Program-made: the position numbers and the translations under genes
The notes under the pieces: generated by a model
Told to the model about the DNA's origin: nothing
What the model saw: the letters and a program-made list of their open reading frames with translations, nothing else
The model's database searches: none
From: Diplonema japonicum
Taxonomy: Eukaryota; Protista; Euglenozoa: Diplonemea
Length of the DNA: 64,000 bases
Assembly: GCA_964019335.1 (NCBI GenBank)
Contig: OZ025702.1
Location: forward strand, 310,001-374,000
Reading direction: 5' to 3'
In this document: piece after piece, positions 1 through 13,219 of the stretch
How the letters are laid out: each line of letters begins with the position of its first letter
How positions within the stretch are numbered: position 1 is the first letter of the stretch

Positions 1-238
1 CGCCCTTTCCCACCTTTATTCACTTTATCATTCCATTTTCTTTGTTTTGGCAGTTTACGTGATATGTGAGCTTGAAATCAGTCATTTCCCCCCCTTTTTT
101 CTTTTTTTTCTCTTTTCTTTTCGTTGGTGGAGTTTCCCCCCATCATAGTTTTCTCTATTTCTTTTTTGCTGTTGGTTTTTCTAAAACGAAGAAGAATCCA
201 GAAAAAGGGGGGGGGGGGAGCAATGACACGGTAATATT

Positions 239-1734
239 ATGCTGGTGGTGAGAGCGACTATTTGTGTTGCACTGGCTGTTGTATTGGTGTTCAACACGAT
301 AGCACGTGATGCGATTGAAGGCGGGACCGAGGTTTTTCACCATGAGATCAGGTACGACACCAAAACCCCCTCGAGGCCCCCAACGAAAAAAACGAGCAAA
401 GTCATTAGTACAACGTATCAGCCTTTTAAGAAAAGCAAACGGCCGTATCATTCAAAAAAAGAGCCTAAGGTGCTTAGAATGGTTAAAATGAGCGGTTCAA
501 CCCAGCCTATGCTTCCTAACTGTTCCCACCTTGCGAAGCCAAATGTGAGATTACTGCAACATCTTCACGTCCACTCGGAATGCATAAACACAACATTCAT
601 CCCGTCAAAGAAGCTTCTTAAGGGGAAGTTCTCTATCCTCGTCACCACGTACAAGGGCGAAGCAACTCTGCACCACACAATTCAGTCTTGGCGGGCTTCG
701 GGCCTGTTCGCGCATGCTCGTTTCCACGAGGTTGTTTTCCACGTCAATAAATGTAATTGTAACGATCTTGGAGTCCTCGAGGCCGTGATGAAAGACACGC
801 CTTACAAGGCCCTGTGCAGCGTCCACAACAAAGTCCACCCTTTGGCTCTCATCAGTGGGATCAGTCATCTCCAAACAGAGTTCGTCCTAATCACAGAAAA
901 CGACCGTCCCATCCTCCCTCGCCCGCACGAAAATACTACCCAAACCCTAAATCGAACCCAAGCGTATATAGATGTTGCGCTGAACACTGTGCAAACAGAT
1001 TCGACGCCATACGTATTCCTGGAAAGGGGTTTGCTAGATGAAGACGACGCTTTGTACGAAGAAGTTCAAAAAACGAATAGGGACTTCGACAAAGCAGTCG
1101 GGTTGCAATGCGCGTCCGAGTGCTATAAGTGGGTCAAAGCCAATGCAGACTACCGCAGGGCAATGGTGGAGAACTGCAATGCCGACGACCAACCCATTTC
1201 GTTCATGGTGGCAGGGAAGGTTCACACAAAGAAAAAACGCAAGTGGAGGAGCTGTTCCTGGACCGTGTGCAGGGAATGGAAAGCATGGGACGCAGGAACC
1301 GGAGACGGACCATCAACATGCCTAGGGCCGTGGTTGCGTCGGCTGAAGATGTCTAAAAGCATGCAACGTCGCTTGGTCATACCAAAAATACAAAGCAGTC
1401 CCTTATTGTGCTTCAGACAGAAGGGATGGAGCAACGGCCCAGCCATGATAGACTTGAATTGGTACGTTTTAAACATCGCCAGCACGATCTGCCGAGAGCC
1501 GCTTGACTCGGGTCTTTGGTTCAAACCCAGTAAACAACACTTTGGCTACTACGGGAGAAGGATGGAGGTTTGTTTCTTTTCTTTCTTTTCTTCAAACACC
1601 TTTTACAGAACTTCCTCTCTCAAATCTTCGAAGAGCAAGACGGCTATCCCTCATGCCGAGGCGTAGGCCTCATGGACCACGTTGAAATAGAGAGCTACGA
1701 CACGCACCCTGTGCACCCTGTTTCGGCGTTTTAA
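239..1734 (+). CDS. Type II membrane GT-A/GT2-like glycosyltransferase (2 exons)
   Basis: N-terminal hydrophobic anchor; FSILVTTYK...EFVLITEND resembles a GT2 fold with a DxD-like motif. Intron 1568-1608 (GTTTG...TACAG) restores the frame to TAA at 1734. Confidence 0.55.
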
Positions 1735-1891
1735 TGGAAATAAGAAAATGGTTTAGATTTAAGTCCCCCCTCCCCCCCATCTTAACAAAAGTCTGTTTTA
1801 TTTTTTTTAATGCCGATTCCGCTCCTTTTTCTTTTATGGCCCACTTCTCGGTGGTCAGTAAAAAATTCTCAAACCAGAAGCGAAAGCCAGA

Positions 1892-2659
1892 ATGAGCAAT
1901 GCCCCTGTGTTGTCTATTCCAGCATTGAAAAGAGGGTCGATAGGGCACGAGTGGGGTTTGAAGGCGGCCAGGAATGATGTAGGAGCGAGAGTAAGAAGGG
2001 TCGAGGCACCAGTAGAGATGTTTCCTAGTAGTCCGGGGATGTGTGCGTTGGAGGGGCCGGAGCTGACGGTACCGAAGCTGCCTGGGGCATTGGCTGGTAT
2101 CGCTGTGGTGAAACCGAAGAAGAGAACGATTTTGGTGACGAGGCACCGCAGAGACAAGGCGAGGGCGGTGCGTCTGGACATGGAGAGGGAAGTGGAGTGG
2201 GAGCGCATGCAGGTCGAGGGGTACGTAGCTGCCACAGACGCAGCTGATTACACAGCAAAGAGGGACGCCTACATGGCTTCTGTTGTGGCTCATGCCAAGA
2301 AACTTTTCCAGTTCTATCCTAACTCCAAACTGGTCAGAGACATTAAGAAGCATGTCAAGGGTGGCAGCATCGCCGTGTTGCCCGATGACATGATCGGCTC
2401 CCCTCGCGCTGGCCCCGGGGCTTTGTTGGAATGGACTCCTCCTCCTCTCCCCCCGTGCCTCCTTGCACTGGTCTCGGTTCAGTTCCGTGTTAAGGTGTCT
2501 TCCTCCTCTCACCTCGCCCATTCCTGCCCTCTTTGCTCTGCATCGCCGTCACCTCTGTCTCTCTCATCTGAGTATTCTAATCTCTCGGATTCCAGCAGCG
2601 AAGCTGGGCTCACAGCATCTCTCCAGACTTCCACAAACAGCACACCTTCATCCACCTAA
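1892..2659 (+). CDS. Hypothetical protein (255 aa, Ser/Pro-rich tail)
   Basis: Long ORF with coding-like composition, co-oriented with neighbours; no family recognised. Confidence 0.55.
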   Translation: MSNAPVLSIPALKRGSIGHEWGLKAARNDVGARVRRVEAPVEMFPSSPGMCALEGPELTVPKLPGALAGIAVVKPKKRTILVTRHRRDKARAVRLDMEREVEWERMQVEGYVAATDAADYTAKRDAYMASVVAHAKKLFQFYPNSKLVRDIKKHVKGGSIAVLPDDMIGSPRAGPGALLEWTPPPLPPCLLALVSVQFRVKVSSSSHLAHSCPLCSASPSPLSLSSEYSNLSDSSSEAGLTASLQTSTNSTPSST

Positions 2660-3590
2660 CTTTGTTGGGTGTGGGCTAATGTACGCGAAGTGGAATACAA
2701 ACAAAAACCTACGGAATTTACAAATCCCCCCCCCCCCCCCCCCCCCCCTTGGTGGGTCGTTGCTAACACTTCTCCCCATCGTAATGATCCCCTTCCCCTT
2801 TTTCTCTTGCTGTTGTACTTTGTTCCCCCCCTGCTTTTTTTTTTGTCCCTTAATTTCCCTTTTATTTGTAGCGGGTTTTTTCCCTCTCCCCTCTTTTTTT
2901 TTTACCTTAGAAAGATCTCTTTTTTTTTTCTCCTTCTCCTTTCCCCCCCCTTTTTTTCCCTTCTGCTTTATTTAGGCGGGTAAGCCCTGCAATTGTGCCC
3001 CCCCCCCCCTTTATTTATTCTTTTAAGGAAACAGTCTTATCCTTGGTCACCTCCCTCTTTGTTTCTTTTCTTTTCTTTCTCTCTTCGGTTTTGTCTTCAT
3101 TTTCTTTTTTTCTTTTTGCTGTTGTGCCAGAGACTAATGAAGGGATGGGGGTGAAAAAAGAAAAAAACATAGTTCACCTGGGCTGAAAGAAAGAAACAAA
3201 AGGAAGAAAAGAGAGAGAATGAGGGAATATGGGGAGGAGAAACCAAGAAAAAAAAATGAAAATAACTGCAGCCACCGGACATGAGCCTCTGCTTTCTTTC
3301 TCTTTTCTTTTTTTCCCTCCTCCCCTTCCCCCTTTCCCCCGGTTTGAAAACCTGTAACTTTCTCCTGCTCCAGTCTTAGCTGGCCTTTGTTACTTTAAGT
3401 AAAAGTAACACCAATCAGAAAAAGAAAAGGGGGAAAAAAAAAAAAAAAAGAAAGAAAAGGCAAGAGACAACTTTTTCTTTTTTCCAGTGCAAATGTGTAC
3501 TACCGGGGAAATGGAAGCACTGAATAGAGAATCTTGGGTTTTAGATTTTTTTTTCTTTCTTTTTTTGAAGGGAATAGAAAGGTCAACCTT

Positions 3591-3636
<46 letters not shown>

Positions 3637-4550
3637 AGTAGAAATGATTCAAGCTTTGCAACTGTAACAGGCCTCAAACAATTAAAAAAAGAAAAAAAAA
3701 GAAAGGCATAGCTTGACAGAATCATTTTGTTCTAAAAGGGGAAATTCGAAAGCGGGTAACAGTCCGTGTCTCAAGCTAGACAAGGTGTGTTCACTACTTA
3801 CTTTCTTCTCCTTCTTCTCTCTTTTATTTTCTTTCTTGTTTCCTTTCTCATTTCCTGCAGTGTCAAACCGAATAGAAAGAATAGAGCAATAAGAGCAATC
3901 CTGAAAGCATATATGGAAGGCTCGTAACAAGAGAAAGAAACAAGAAATAGAGGGGGGGATTTTTTTAGCATAGTTTTTTCTTCTTTGTTTCTTCTTTTCC
4001 TCGAACTCAGAGCCTATGAAGATACAAGGGAACTAAGGGGAAAAAAAAAAAAAATGCTCCGTCTCTCTCCCAGATTTCCTTTCCTCTCTCCCGTGCTGCT
4101 TGTGACAAGTCTAACTTCAGCCTACGAGCTACAGGGGAAGGAAGATGAACAAAAGAAAAAAGAAAAAGAAAAAGAAAAGAAAAAAACCGATTTCTCTTCT
4201 TGCTATTGAGCCCTGGGAACGGAGCCAGCGAGGTTGGAAAAAAAAGAAGAAAAAAAAAAAAGAAGAGGGGAAATGGCCCGAGTATTTGGAGCCTTTCAAA
4301 TGGAGGAAGAAGAAAAAAAAAGAAATTCAATTTTTTCTTCCCCCCCCCCTCCTTCCTTTTTACAAAGCTGTTGAAAACTTCTACTAAATCAACATCCTCT
4401 TTCGCCACCTCTTTTAAAAAAAGGTGGGGTAAGGCACTATTTTCTTTTATAGCTCCTTTTTTTTTTCTTCTTTTTTTTCTTCTTCCCTATGCCACAGCGG
4501 CTTTTTAGCCGATGTTGTAATGCTGCATTTTTTTTTTTTCGATGAAAGAG

Positions 4551-4596
<46 letters not shown>

Positions 4597-5033
4597 CATT
4601 GTAGACTTTCACACAACAGCGGAGAAAGGCCACTACTGCTTTTTATTTTTAGAAAGAAGAGGGACCTGCCTCTAGTCTTCCCTACTAGCTTCGAGGTACC
4701 AACCTTGGGGGCAGCTTCTTTTTTTTTCTTCTTTTTTTTGTTTTTTTATTCCTGCTTGTTAAAAAGAGAAAAAAAAAAGAATAAAATCAAAAAAAAGAAG
4801 TTGATAGCTTCAAAGAAGAAGAAGAATGAGGAGGAAAAAAAAAAGAAGAAAAGCAACAAAAAAAAAAGACGAAACCACGAAGCGAAAGAAAAAGATTGTG
4901 TTTTATTTTATAGCTTTTTTTTCCCTCTTTTTTTTCTTATCTTTGTTCGCTCTTTTAATAAGAGAGCTTTTATGACCCCTGTTTTTGCCCCCCCCCCCCC
5001 CCAATCATAGTGATAGAGAAGGTTTCTCCTTTG

Positions 5034-5100
<67 letters not shown>

Positions 5101-5331
5101 AGACCTCCGCACAAGCAGTTTTTTTTCTCTTTTTTTTTTCTTTTTTGTTCTATTTCCATGCAACCGCTGTCCCTGTTTCTGTTGCTTCTTCAGACCGACA
5201 CAAATAACCCTTTTTTTTTTTTTTTTTTTTTCTTTCCCCTTCCCGAGATCGATCCTTTTATATTCTTGGAAATACCCGCTACGCCCCCTCCCTCCCCCCC
5301 CTTTTTTTTATTTTGAGGAGAAAAAAAAAGT

Positions 5332-5365
<34 letters not shown>

Positions 5366-5524
5366 CTTTCCTTTTGAGGTTTTGCAGTGCATCTTGAAAA
5401 AGGAGAGGGGGGAAAAAAAAAGAAAAAGAGTAAGCTCCAGTCCGAAACCGAAGAACTTATTTTATCTTTTCCTTTTTCCCTCTTTCTTTCCTTCTTCAGG
5501 CTGCAGCAAATATACACCTCATTC

Positions 5525-5560
<36 letters not shown>

Positions 5561-6200
5561 TTTCTCTTGTCACACAACATCATCTTTTTTGTCTTTCTTT
5601 TTTATTTTTCCTCCTCATATCTTCCCTTTGTTTCATAGTATGAATACAGAATCTGCTGTGTGGTTTCTTCTTTTTGTTTTCCTTTTTTTTGTTTTTTTGT
5701 TTTTTTTTTGGTTTTTTTTTGTTTTCCTTCGACCTTGAAAGAAAGGAGGTTGATAAGTGTGAAGGGCAAGTGGTGAGTGACATTAAGTGATTGAAGTCCC
5801 CCCCCCTTTTTTTTCTTCTTCTTTCTCACACGAGACATTCTGCCTTTTTTTTTTTGTTCTCGAAAAAAAAAAAAAAAAAAAAAAGAAGAGGTGTACATAT
5901 TTTCATTTTCTTCTTTTTTTTTTTCCCTCTATTTTTTTTCCCTTTATTCTAAGAAGAAAAAATAAAAAATAAAAAAAAAAAGCTCCCCTCTCCCCTGTAT
6001 TCCCCCTACCTACCTGCCCCCCATTTCCTCTTCATCCTCGGGGAAGCTGCAGCTGAGCTCCGGACGTCTACAGTGACAGCTTTTAAAAAAGAAAAGAGGG
6101 GGAGAGGAAAAAAAAAAAAAAAAAAAGATAAAAGAAAATATTTCTGATCCCATCCAAACAGACAATTTGGAAGGGCCGAGTCAAAATCACTTTTCTTATT

Positions 6201-6241
<41 letters not shown>

Positions 6242-6715
6242 TATTTTTTTTCTCTCCCCCTGTGCGTACGAGAGAGACATAGCTATAAATTAGTTTCTTC
6301 CCGACCCCCTTTCCCTCCCCCCCCCCCTTTTATAAATTTAATTTTTTTCTTAACCCCTTCCTGTGGCCTGAGTATTTATTTTTTTTTTCTTTCAAATTCA
6401 ATATAGGGTAAGTGAATACCGACATTTTTTTTTTCTTCTTTTTTTTTTTTTTTTCCTCATGTTGTTAACCTTCGGATTTGTTCCCCTATCCAGGGGACCC
6501 AGCCTCACGACATGGCTTTTTTATTTATTTTTTGTTTGCAGTTTTTATTTTATTTATTTTATTTTATTATTTTTTTTCTTTTTGAAAAGAGTGGGAAAAC
6601 GACAGCATCTTAGCTAAACAAGCTACTTATTGCCTATAAGTACTCTTTGTACTACTTACACTTGGCCCCCCCCCGTTTACACTCTCATGCATCTGATTCA
6701 CCTAGTTTCAAAATT

Positions 6716-6767
<52 letters not shown>

Positions 6768-6824
6768 GTCATATCAATTTGTAAACCTTCTTTTTCCCAA
6801 GGGCGAGCGAGCAAGAAAAAAAAG

Positions 6825-6855
<31 letters not shown>

Positions 6856-7430
6856 AGGGAGGAGGAAGAATGGCATGACACATAAAAACACTTTTGTTCC
6901 AATTATTGAGAAGGGGAAGAGAGAGTAAATAAATAATTATAGGCACTCATCTTGATCAGGGGGGGGGGGGGGGGGGGTCGTTTTGTTTAATCTATCATCT
7001 ATCACCTCAATACTTATGAGGAAAAAAAAACAAAAAAAAAATTAGTGTCTTTAAAAATTGTAATCCAAACAAAAAAAAATAATAAAAAAAAGAATTATGA
7101 CCACCCATCTAGAGGTATCCCCCCCTTTTTTCTTTTTCCCTTGTCACAACCCCCTCCCCCAAAAAAAAGTAATAAAGACCTTCATACTTCCTGTCTTTGG
7201 AAACCCCCCCTTTTTCCTTCCATTCTTCTTCTTTTCCTTCTTTCCTTTCCCCATCCATAAACCTTTTTTTCTTCTTTTTTTTTTTTTTTTCTTCTTTCTT
7301 CATATGCTTACAGTATTCTTATTTTCTTCTTTTTTTTTTTTTTCTTCTTCTATTCCCTACCCATTTTTTTTTTCTTTTTTTTCATTCTTTTTACAACACT
7401 TCGCCTGTCTTGTAACCCTTCCCCAAAACC
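2660..7430. repeat. 4.8-kb low-complexity spacer of A, T, C and G homopolymers
   Basis: Many runs over 20 nt (A run about 5033-5099, T run about 3594-3635); ORFs here are poly-K/poly-F artefacts. Confidence 0.9.
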
Positions 7431-7442
7431 CCAACAGGCCCA

Positions 7443-8420
7443 ATGAGAAGGGTAGCACAATGCAGGGTTATAAATACCGAGAATCACAGAAGAGGCAGGA
7501 GAGGAGTAGTTTCCGTGTTTGGGAAACATAAACACCAAAAGCAGCAAAGGGTAACAAAAGACCACGGCGGCACAGTGGGAGGAATGGCGAAAAACGAGCG
7601 AGAATCACAAACTGCAGTAAGCTACACACAAGAAGGAAAGATGCTCGACTTCTTCTTGAAGGAAGATATCAACAAAATGTTCAACTTACCAGACAAGCTA
7701 CCAGTACTGGATGTCAAGGGCTCGCCTCTACCCGGACCCATGGTGGACGAAATGTGGAAATACAACGATTGGCATGCTTGCTTCACAGGAAAGCTTGAAA
7801 AGAAGGAAGAAGAAGGAAGGAAGACAGAATTCACCCAGTTCCTTTTCGAACGATTCGGCGAGAGGTACAAATTCATCACGAGAAGCAATGTGGCTATGAG
7901 AGGCCGCCACTGCTGGGGGCAGGTCACCAGCACCCTCTCATACCCAAGAGGGAATTTCTGTGTAGTCCATTTTGTCACCGATTTCAACAAATGGAACACC
8001 ACACCCACCATCGGGCAGTACCCTGGGATGTGGCCTAAGCCTTACCGAACTCTCTGCTTGTATATGGACATGGCGGCGCATGAGAATTATCGTATTGGTC
8101 TTGGCCCGCCAAGGTGGGGCGTGGTGACCGACGGTATTTCTTGGAAGATCCTTGAGCAGCGACCTTCCTCGACAGGGGCTTGGGACGGCAGGCAGATTTT
8201 TCACGAGTCGCGGACCCATACCCTGCAGCTTCCACTCACGAAGGAGTCGTACGTAAGGCTCACTACCTGGCTCAATTTCATCTTCTCAAACCACGCGCCC
8301 GTGGACACCGCCTCCCTTTACTCAACGTGGAAGAAAAACCGAAAAGAACTCAACGAGCCTTCACATGAAGAACGCCACGCAGCCATCCGCCAGGCCCTCA
8401 CAGGCCTCGATGACATTTAG
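7443..8420 (+). CDS. Hypothetical protein, possible degenerate PD-(D/E)XK (REase-fold) domain, possible mitochondrial presequence
   Basis: 325-aa ORF after a pyrimidine tract and AG; LCLYM...WGVVTDGISWKIL resembles the GxxTDGxxWxF motif of HsdR_N/Crinkler-type REase domains; starts MRRVAQCR. Confidence 0.5.
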   Translation: MRRVAQCRVINTENHRRGRRGVVSVFGKHKHQKQQRVTKDHGGTVGGMAKNERESQTAVSYTQEGKMLDFFLKEDINKMFNLPDKLPVLDVKGSPLPGPMVDEMWKYNDWHACFTGKLEKKEEEGRKTEFTQFLFERFGERYKFITRSNVAMRGRHCWGQVTSTLSYPRGNFCVVHFVTDFNKWNTTPTIGQYPGMWPKPYRTLCLYMDMAAHENYRIGLGPPRWGVVTDGISWKILEQRPSSTGAWDGRQIFHESRTHTLQLPLTKESYVRLTTWLNFIFSNHAPVDTASLYSTWKKNRKELNEPSHEERHAAIRQALTGLDDI

Positions 8421-8533
8421 TCATGTTTTTTTTTTTTTTTTTTTTCTTTTTTTTTCTTTCTTTTTTTTGACGTGGGCGAAAAAAAAAAAGGAAAAAATAC
8501 GCAAAGAGGACACAGGGGGGGGGTAAAAATAAG

Positions 8534-10755
8534 ATGACGCGTCTCTTCCGGAAGGGTGGGACATGGAAGAACCATGAGGACGAGGTCCTCAAGGCGGCGG
8601 TGATGAAGTACGGGAAGAACCAGTGGGCGCGAGCGGCGTCACTTCTTCCCAAAAAGACGGCTGCGCAGGCTAAGGAACGATGGAACTCGTGGCTGGACCC
8701 CAGCATCAAAAAAACTGAGTGGACGAAGGAGGAGGAAGAGAAGCTTATTCACCTTGTGAGGATCATGCCCACCATGTGGCGGACCATCGCTCCCATCGTG
8801 GGGCGCACACCGCACCAATGCATCGAGCACTACGAGAAGCTGCTCGACCAGGCAGCAACAAAGGGTGAGGACTACGACCCCCTCAACGACCCACGTAAAC
8901 TGCGCCCCGGCGAGATCGATCCCAACCCCGAGCAGAAGCCACCCAAACCCGACGACCTTGACATGAGCGACGACGAGAAGGAGATGCTCAACGCAGCACG
9001 TGCAAGGCTCGCAAACACCAAAGGTAAGAAGGCAAAGAGAAAGGCGCGTGCTAAGCACCTCGACGAAGCAAGACGACTCGCAGCAGTGCAAAAGAGACGT
9101 GAACTGAAAGCCGCCGGGATCGACCCTGTAAGCCACATGAAGAAAAAGCACGGGATGGACTACTCGACGGAGATGCCTTTCTTCAAAGCAGTGCCTGCAG
9201 GCTTCTTCGACACTTCCGAAGAGCTCAAACGGAAGAATCAAGACGATGCTCACTTCAACAACTTGGATATCCAGAAGGCGGAAGGGACACAGCGGGCAAG
9301 GGAAGAATTCGAGGCGAGGAGGGAAGACAAGAAGAAAGCGTTGAAGAAGAAGCAGGAAGACCTTCCTGCACACTTCGAGATGTTGAACAAGAAGAACGAC
9401 CCGTCCAGCACAGTCAAGAAAGCACCGCTTGTGATGCCCGCCCCGCAGGTAACAGGCAAGGAACTAGCTGCACTGCGGAGGATGGGCCCTGCAGCCATGG
9501 AAGCCGTGCAAGCAGAAAGGATGGAAGCCATGACAGAGAGAACACCCATGGTGGCCGACAGCACACCAAGACTCACAGAGACGATGGGGAGGGTCGAGGC
9601 AGCTAGGATGCGACAAGCCACCGCGAAGGACGTGAAGCTGTCGCTGGACAACCTGTCAAAACCGAAGGACGAGGTCTCACTTGCACTGAAAATAACAGAC
9701 GAGCAACGTGCTGTGCTCCACGAGAGGGAAGACACCGAGGCCGCCAAGTCCTCCGCCTCCACAAAGCTAGACGCAACAGACGCCGCAGAGGTGCGCAAGA
9801 GAAAGAAGACAGGCATCTTGCTGTCGAAAGTAACGCAAGCCGTTCAGAGGGGGCTTCCTAGACCCGCAGTGGCCTCCATCAGCCTGGAGGGCCTTGAAGC
9901 AACGGACCCTGAACGCCTCATAAGGGAGGAGATGAAGAAGCTCGTTACGTACGATGCCAGCGTGCACCCTATGAAAGGGAAGAAGAGCAAGAACAAGCTG
10001 AACCTTGATGATTACACACATGACGAGCTGGAGAAGGCAGCAACGGAGATACGCATGGAGGAGGCAAAGCTGAAGAAGGCGAGCAGCCTGTTCAGAGAGG
10101 CAGAGGGGGATGAGCCGGGTGCGGTGGATGGGTTTGTGCTGGTGGACCCTGAGTCGGTGGTGACGGAGATGGTGCTTGCGGCGGATGACTTTTTGTTTGT
10201 CCCAAACCCCTCAAGGATCCTCAGCAAGAGGCAGTGCAGCAACAACGAGAGGCTTGCGAGCTTGAAGCATGAGTTTGACGTAACGAAGAACCACACCACG
10301 CGAATGGCCGAGGCGAGCTTCAAGCTGGAGAAGAAAGTGGGGATGCTCACAGCAGGTTACGTGAAGCGGTCGGAGTCACTGTACGCTGGCCTGAAGGAGA
10401 AACTAGAGGAACTCGAGGAGGCAAAAATACAACTTGCAAGTTATGAACACATGTGGCAGTTGGAAGAAGTGGCAATCGCAATGAGGACACAAGTGGCGAA
10501 GGAAAAACTCACAGCGCAGCAACAAAGAGAAGCGACCCTGCAGGCGCAGTACGGAAGCAAAAGGTACGAGCTGCAGCAACACCAGGAACGGCTGGCAGCG
10601 AAGAGGAAAAGGGAAGAAGCAGCGAAAGCAGACGCAGATGCCTTGGCCGAGCTGGAGGAGGAAGAAGATGCAAGGGTATGCAACCCCCATTATTATTTTT
10701 TTTTTTAATATCGTAACTCATTACACAGACACCTGCCAAAAAGGCCTGTCACTAG
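8534..10755 (+). CDS. CDC5L: Pre-mRNA splicing factor CDC5L/Cef1 (Myb repeats; 2 exons)
   Basis: KGGTWKNHEDEVLKAAVMKYGKNQW...WLDPSIKKTEW...RLANTKGKKAKRKAR. Intron 10676-10728; last exon TPAKKACH*. Confidence 0.96.
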
Positions 10756-10954
10756 TGTGATCAACAGCAAAAAGATATTATTAAAAAAGTCATTTTCACC
10801 CCCCCCCCCCATCCCTTTTTTTGCTATGTGGGTCGCAATTCGCAAAAATTTGCTGTTTCTAACACACATCCCCTCCCCCAGTGTTTCCCACTCCCATTCT
10901 ATTTTACGTACCTCCCTCTCCCCCTAGTTCACCGCAGGACCAAATGATAGTAAG

Positions 10955-12244
10955 ATGCAACCAGGTGATAAATTCCTGCTAAAACTAAAAGATGACTGGA
11001 GCGTGAAGGGCGAAGCGGAGAAGGTAGGCGAGAGAAAAAGGGACCAACGAAAGGAGTATGTCCGGCTCGCTGGCGTGTACAGCGGTATGCTGACGTGGAA
11101 AGACGATGAGTGTTCTAGAGTGTTTGGCGTCGTGCTGGGGTTGCTGCTTCTAGAGAGCGGCAGTGTGAGCGGAGTGAAAATGGCGGAAGAAGGGGACAGA
11201 AGGACACCAGATGCCATAGTAGACAAAACTCGGTCCACCTGGAAGCTTCGCAAGCTTGGACAAGAAGTCAAGCTTGACCTTCGTTTGGTCATCACAACAC
11301 CTGACAAAACATCGGTTCTTGTAGAGTGCCTTGCCAACCCAGTTAAGCGATCACTGCAAACCGTAACATGGCAAATCTTGGGCGGGCACGGAGGGTACCA
11401 AACAGGGTCGGATTTCCGTTGGCACGGGGAAACGATCCCGGCATCGCAGAATTCTCTGCGAAAACCATCCCCTGTGAAAGACGTGGCTAAAAAACGCGAT
11501 CTGGACGAAACCGGAACAGACGATGCGAAGAGGCGGAAAACGGATTCTTCAGACAGCACGCCAAGCGTAAACATATTTATCAGTGACACAGAGAAGGCAC
11601 GTGCTTTTGCGTATCACAAGATCCACGGAAAATTTCCTGCGGAGATTCAACAGCGCATGGTTTCGAAGGGTCTCGTGAAGAAGCCCGACGCTTCACATCA
11701 AAACTGGACGGAGATCAAGGAAACCTACGACAAAGCCCGGCACAAAGGCGGCGACGGCTCGCTTCCTGTACCTGACAGGAACATGCGGATCAATTCCTGG
11801 CTCTTGGACGTTGTGCACCCTGGAGACCGTGGTCTCGACCCATCAGAGCATAGTATACAGTACATCAAAACACCCCAAAAACCTAATCCCGGAATGCTTC
11901 CTCCAAGCACGGCGCAACCAGACACCAGCAACCAGCGGGCTAACATGTGGTTGGCTGCAAACACTTCCGCAACAATGGCAAGCCCTACTTATGGTGTGTT
12001 GTTTTTTTTTTGGGGGGGCAAAAAAAAAGAGGGGAAAAAAAAATTACATTTATTATACAGGTCTTCAAGGGTTGAGCCCTTACCCTCACTCTGCCCTAGC
12101 GGACAGGGGGGACGAAACCCCTGCATATGGAGAGCTCATAGCCACCGCTGGTGCTGCGACAAACCCCAAAGCGGTATATACCTTTCCCCCTTTTCTTTTT
12201 AATTTTCTCACAAACAGCTTCCTATGAAATTCGATCCCGCGTAG
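10955..12244 (+). CDS. Hypothetical protein (at least 3 exons; start may lie upstream)
   Basis: Long ORF; introns 11994-12060 and 12174-12217 give a continuous frame ending LPMKFDPA* at 12244. Confidence 0.55.
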
Positions 12245-13219
12245 CCGGCCTGTGAGCTCAACAGGGGTATTTCATTTAGAAGGGTTGGGTTGGGGGGGCG
12301 GGGAAAAATATTTTGCAGCCATTTTTCGAATTATCTAGCCACTTTACTGCGAAAGCCGTTCCCCCCCCCTTTTTTTTCTCTCTTCTGTTTTTCGTCTTCT
12401 TAAGAAAACAATGTTTTCAGTAACTTGGATTTTTAAATTTGAGGGGGGGGGGGGGTTAACACTCTTAACGCCACCTAGTGTTGCAATCAAAGCCCCATTT
12501 TAATTTTGTTTTTTTTTCGTTGCTAACCACTTCGTTTCCTATCATAGTGAATTCTTTTTTTCTTTTTTGTATTTTCGCAAGCCGAAAGTTGTTCTCTCGC
12601 TTTTCGCGACAAAGTTTACCAGAAAAAGTTATTGAAGACATTGTTTTTTTCTTCCCCCCCCCCCTCTTTCCTCATTCTTTGGAAACAATCAGTTGCATAA
12701 TGTCAAAGAAAAAAAAAAGAAAACGGGAACAAAAAAAGGGATAAACAAACCAACAGCTTCGGAACTTCGATCCTGCTCGCCACATAAAAGGCTGAGCATT
12801 GCGGGCTGCGCATGACTGACTGACCGACAGACTCGTTGCACAAGTGGGCGAGAGTTGCCTCTGAAGAGTCGTTTCTTTTTTTTTTTTTTTTATCCACCCA
12901 CCCTTCCCTTTTCTTTTATTGCAAGTTAAACCCTACTTTTCCCGGAGTGCGCCACTTTATTTTGTTCAGTTTAAGTCAGGAAAATAAACTGCTCTGTTTT
13001 GCCGTTCCGCTCGTGCGCACAAACAAATGAAGCGCCAAACTAGTTTTGTTCATTCTCAAAAGGTTGGACACAAAAACTCATCTGAAAATTTTTCCAAGGG
13101 GAAAAAAATAGCTATTTATTAAATGAAAATCAGATGGCCTGATTTCATGCTCTGATTTTATTCAATACTGCATTTGTTTGTGAGTTACAGAAAGCTAAGC
13201 CTTTGTCGGAACAAGGGAC

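Noticed and set aside
2660-7430. Dozens of poly-Lys/poly-Phe/poly-Pro ORFs here and in other spacers
   Set aside because: Translations of homopolymer runs on both strands; no coding signal.
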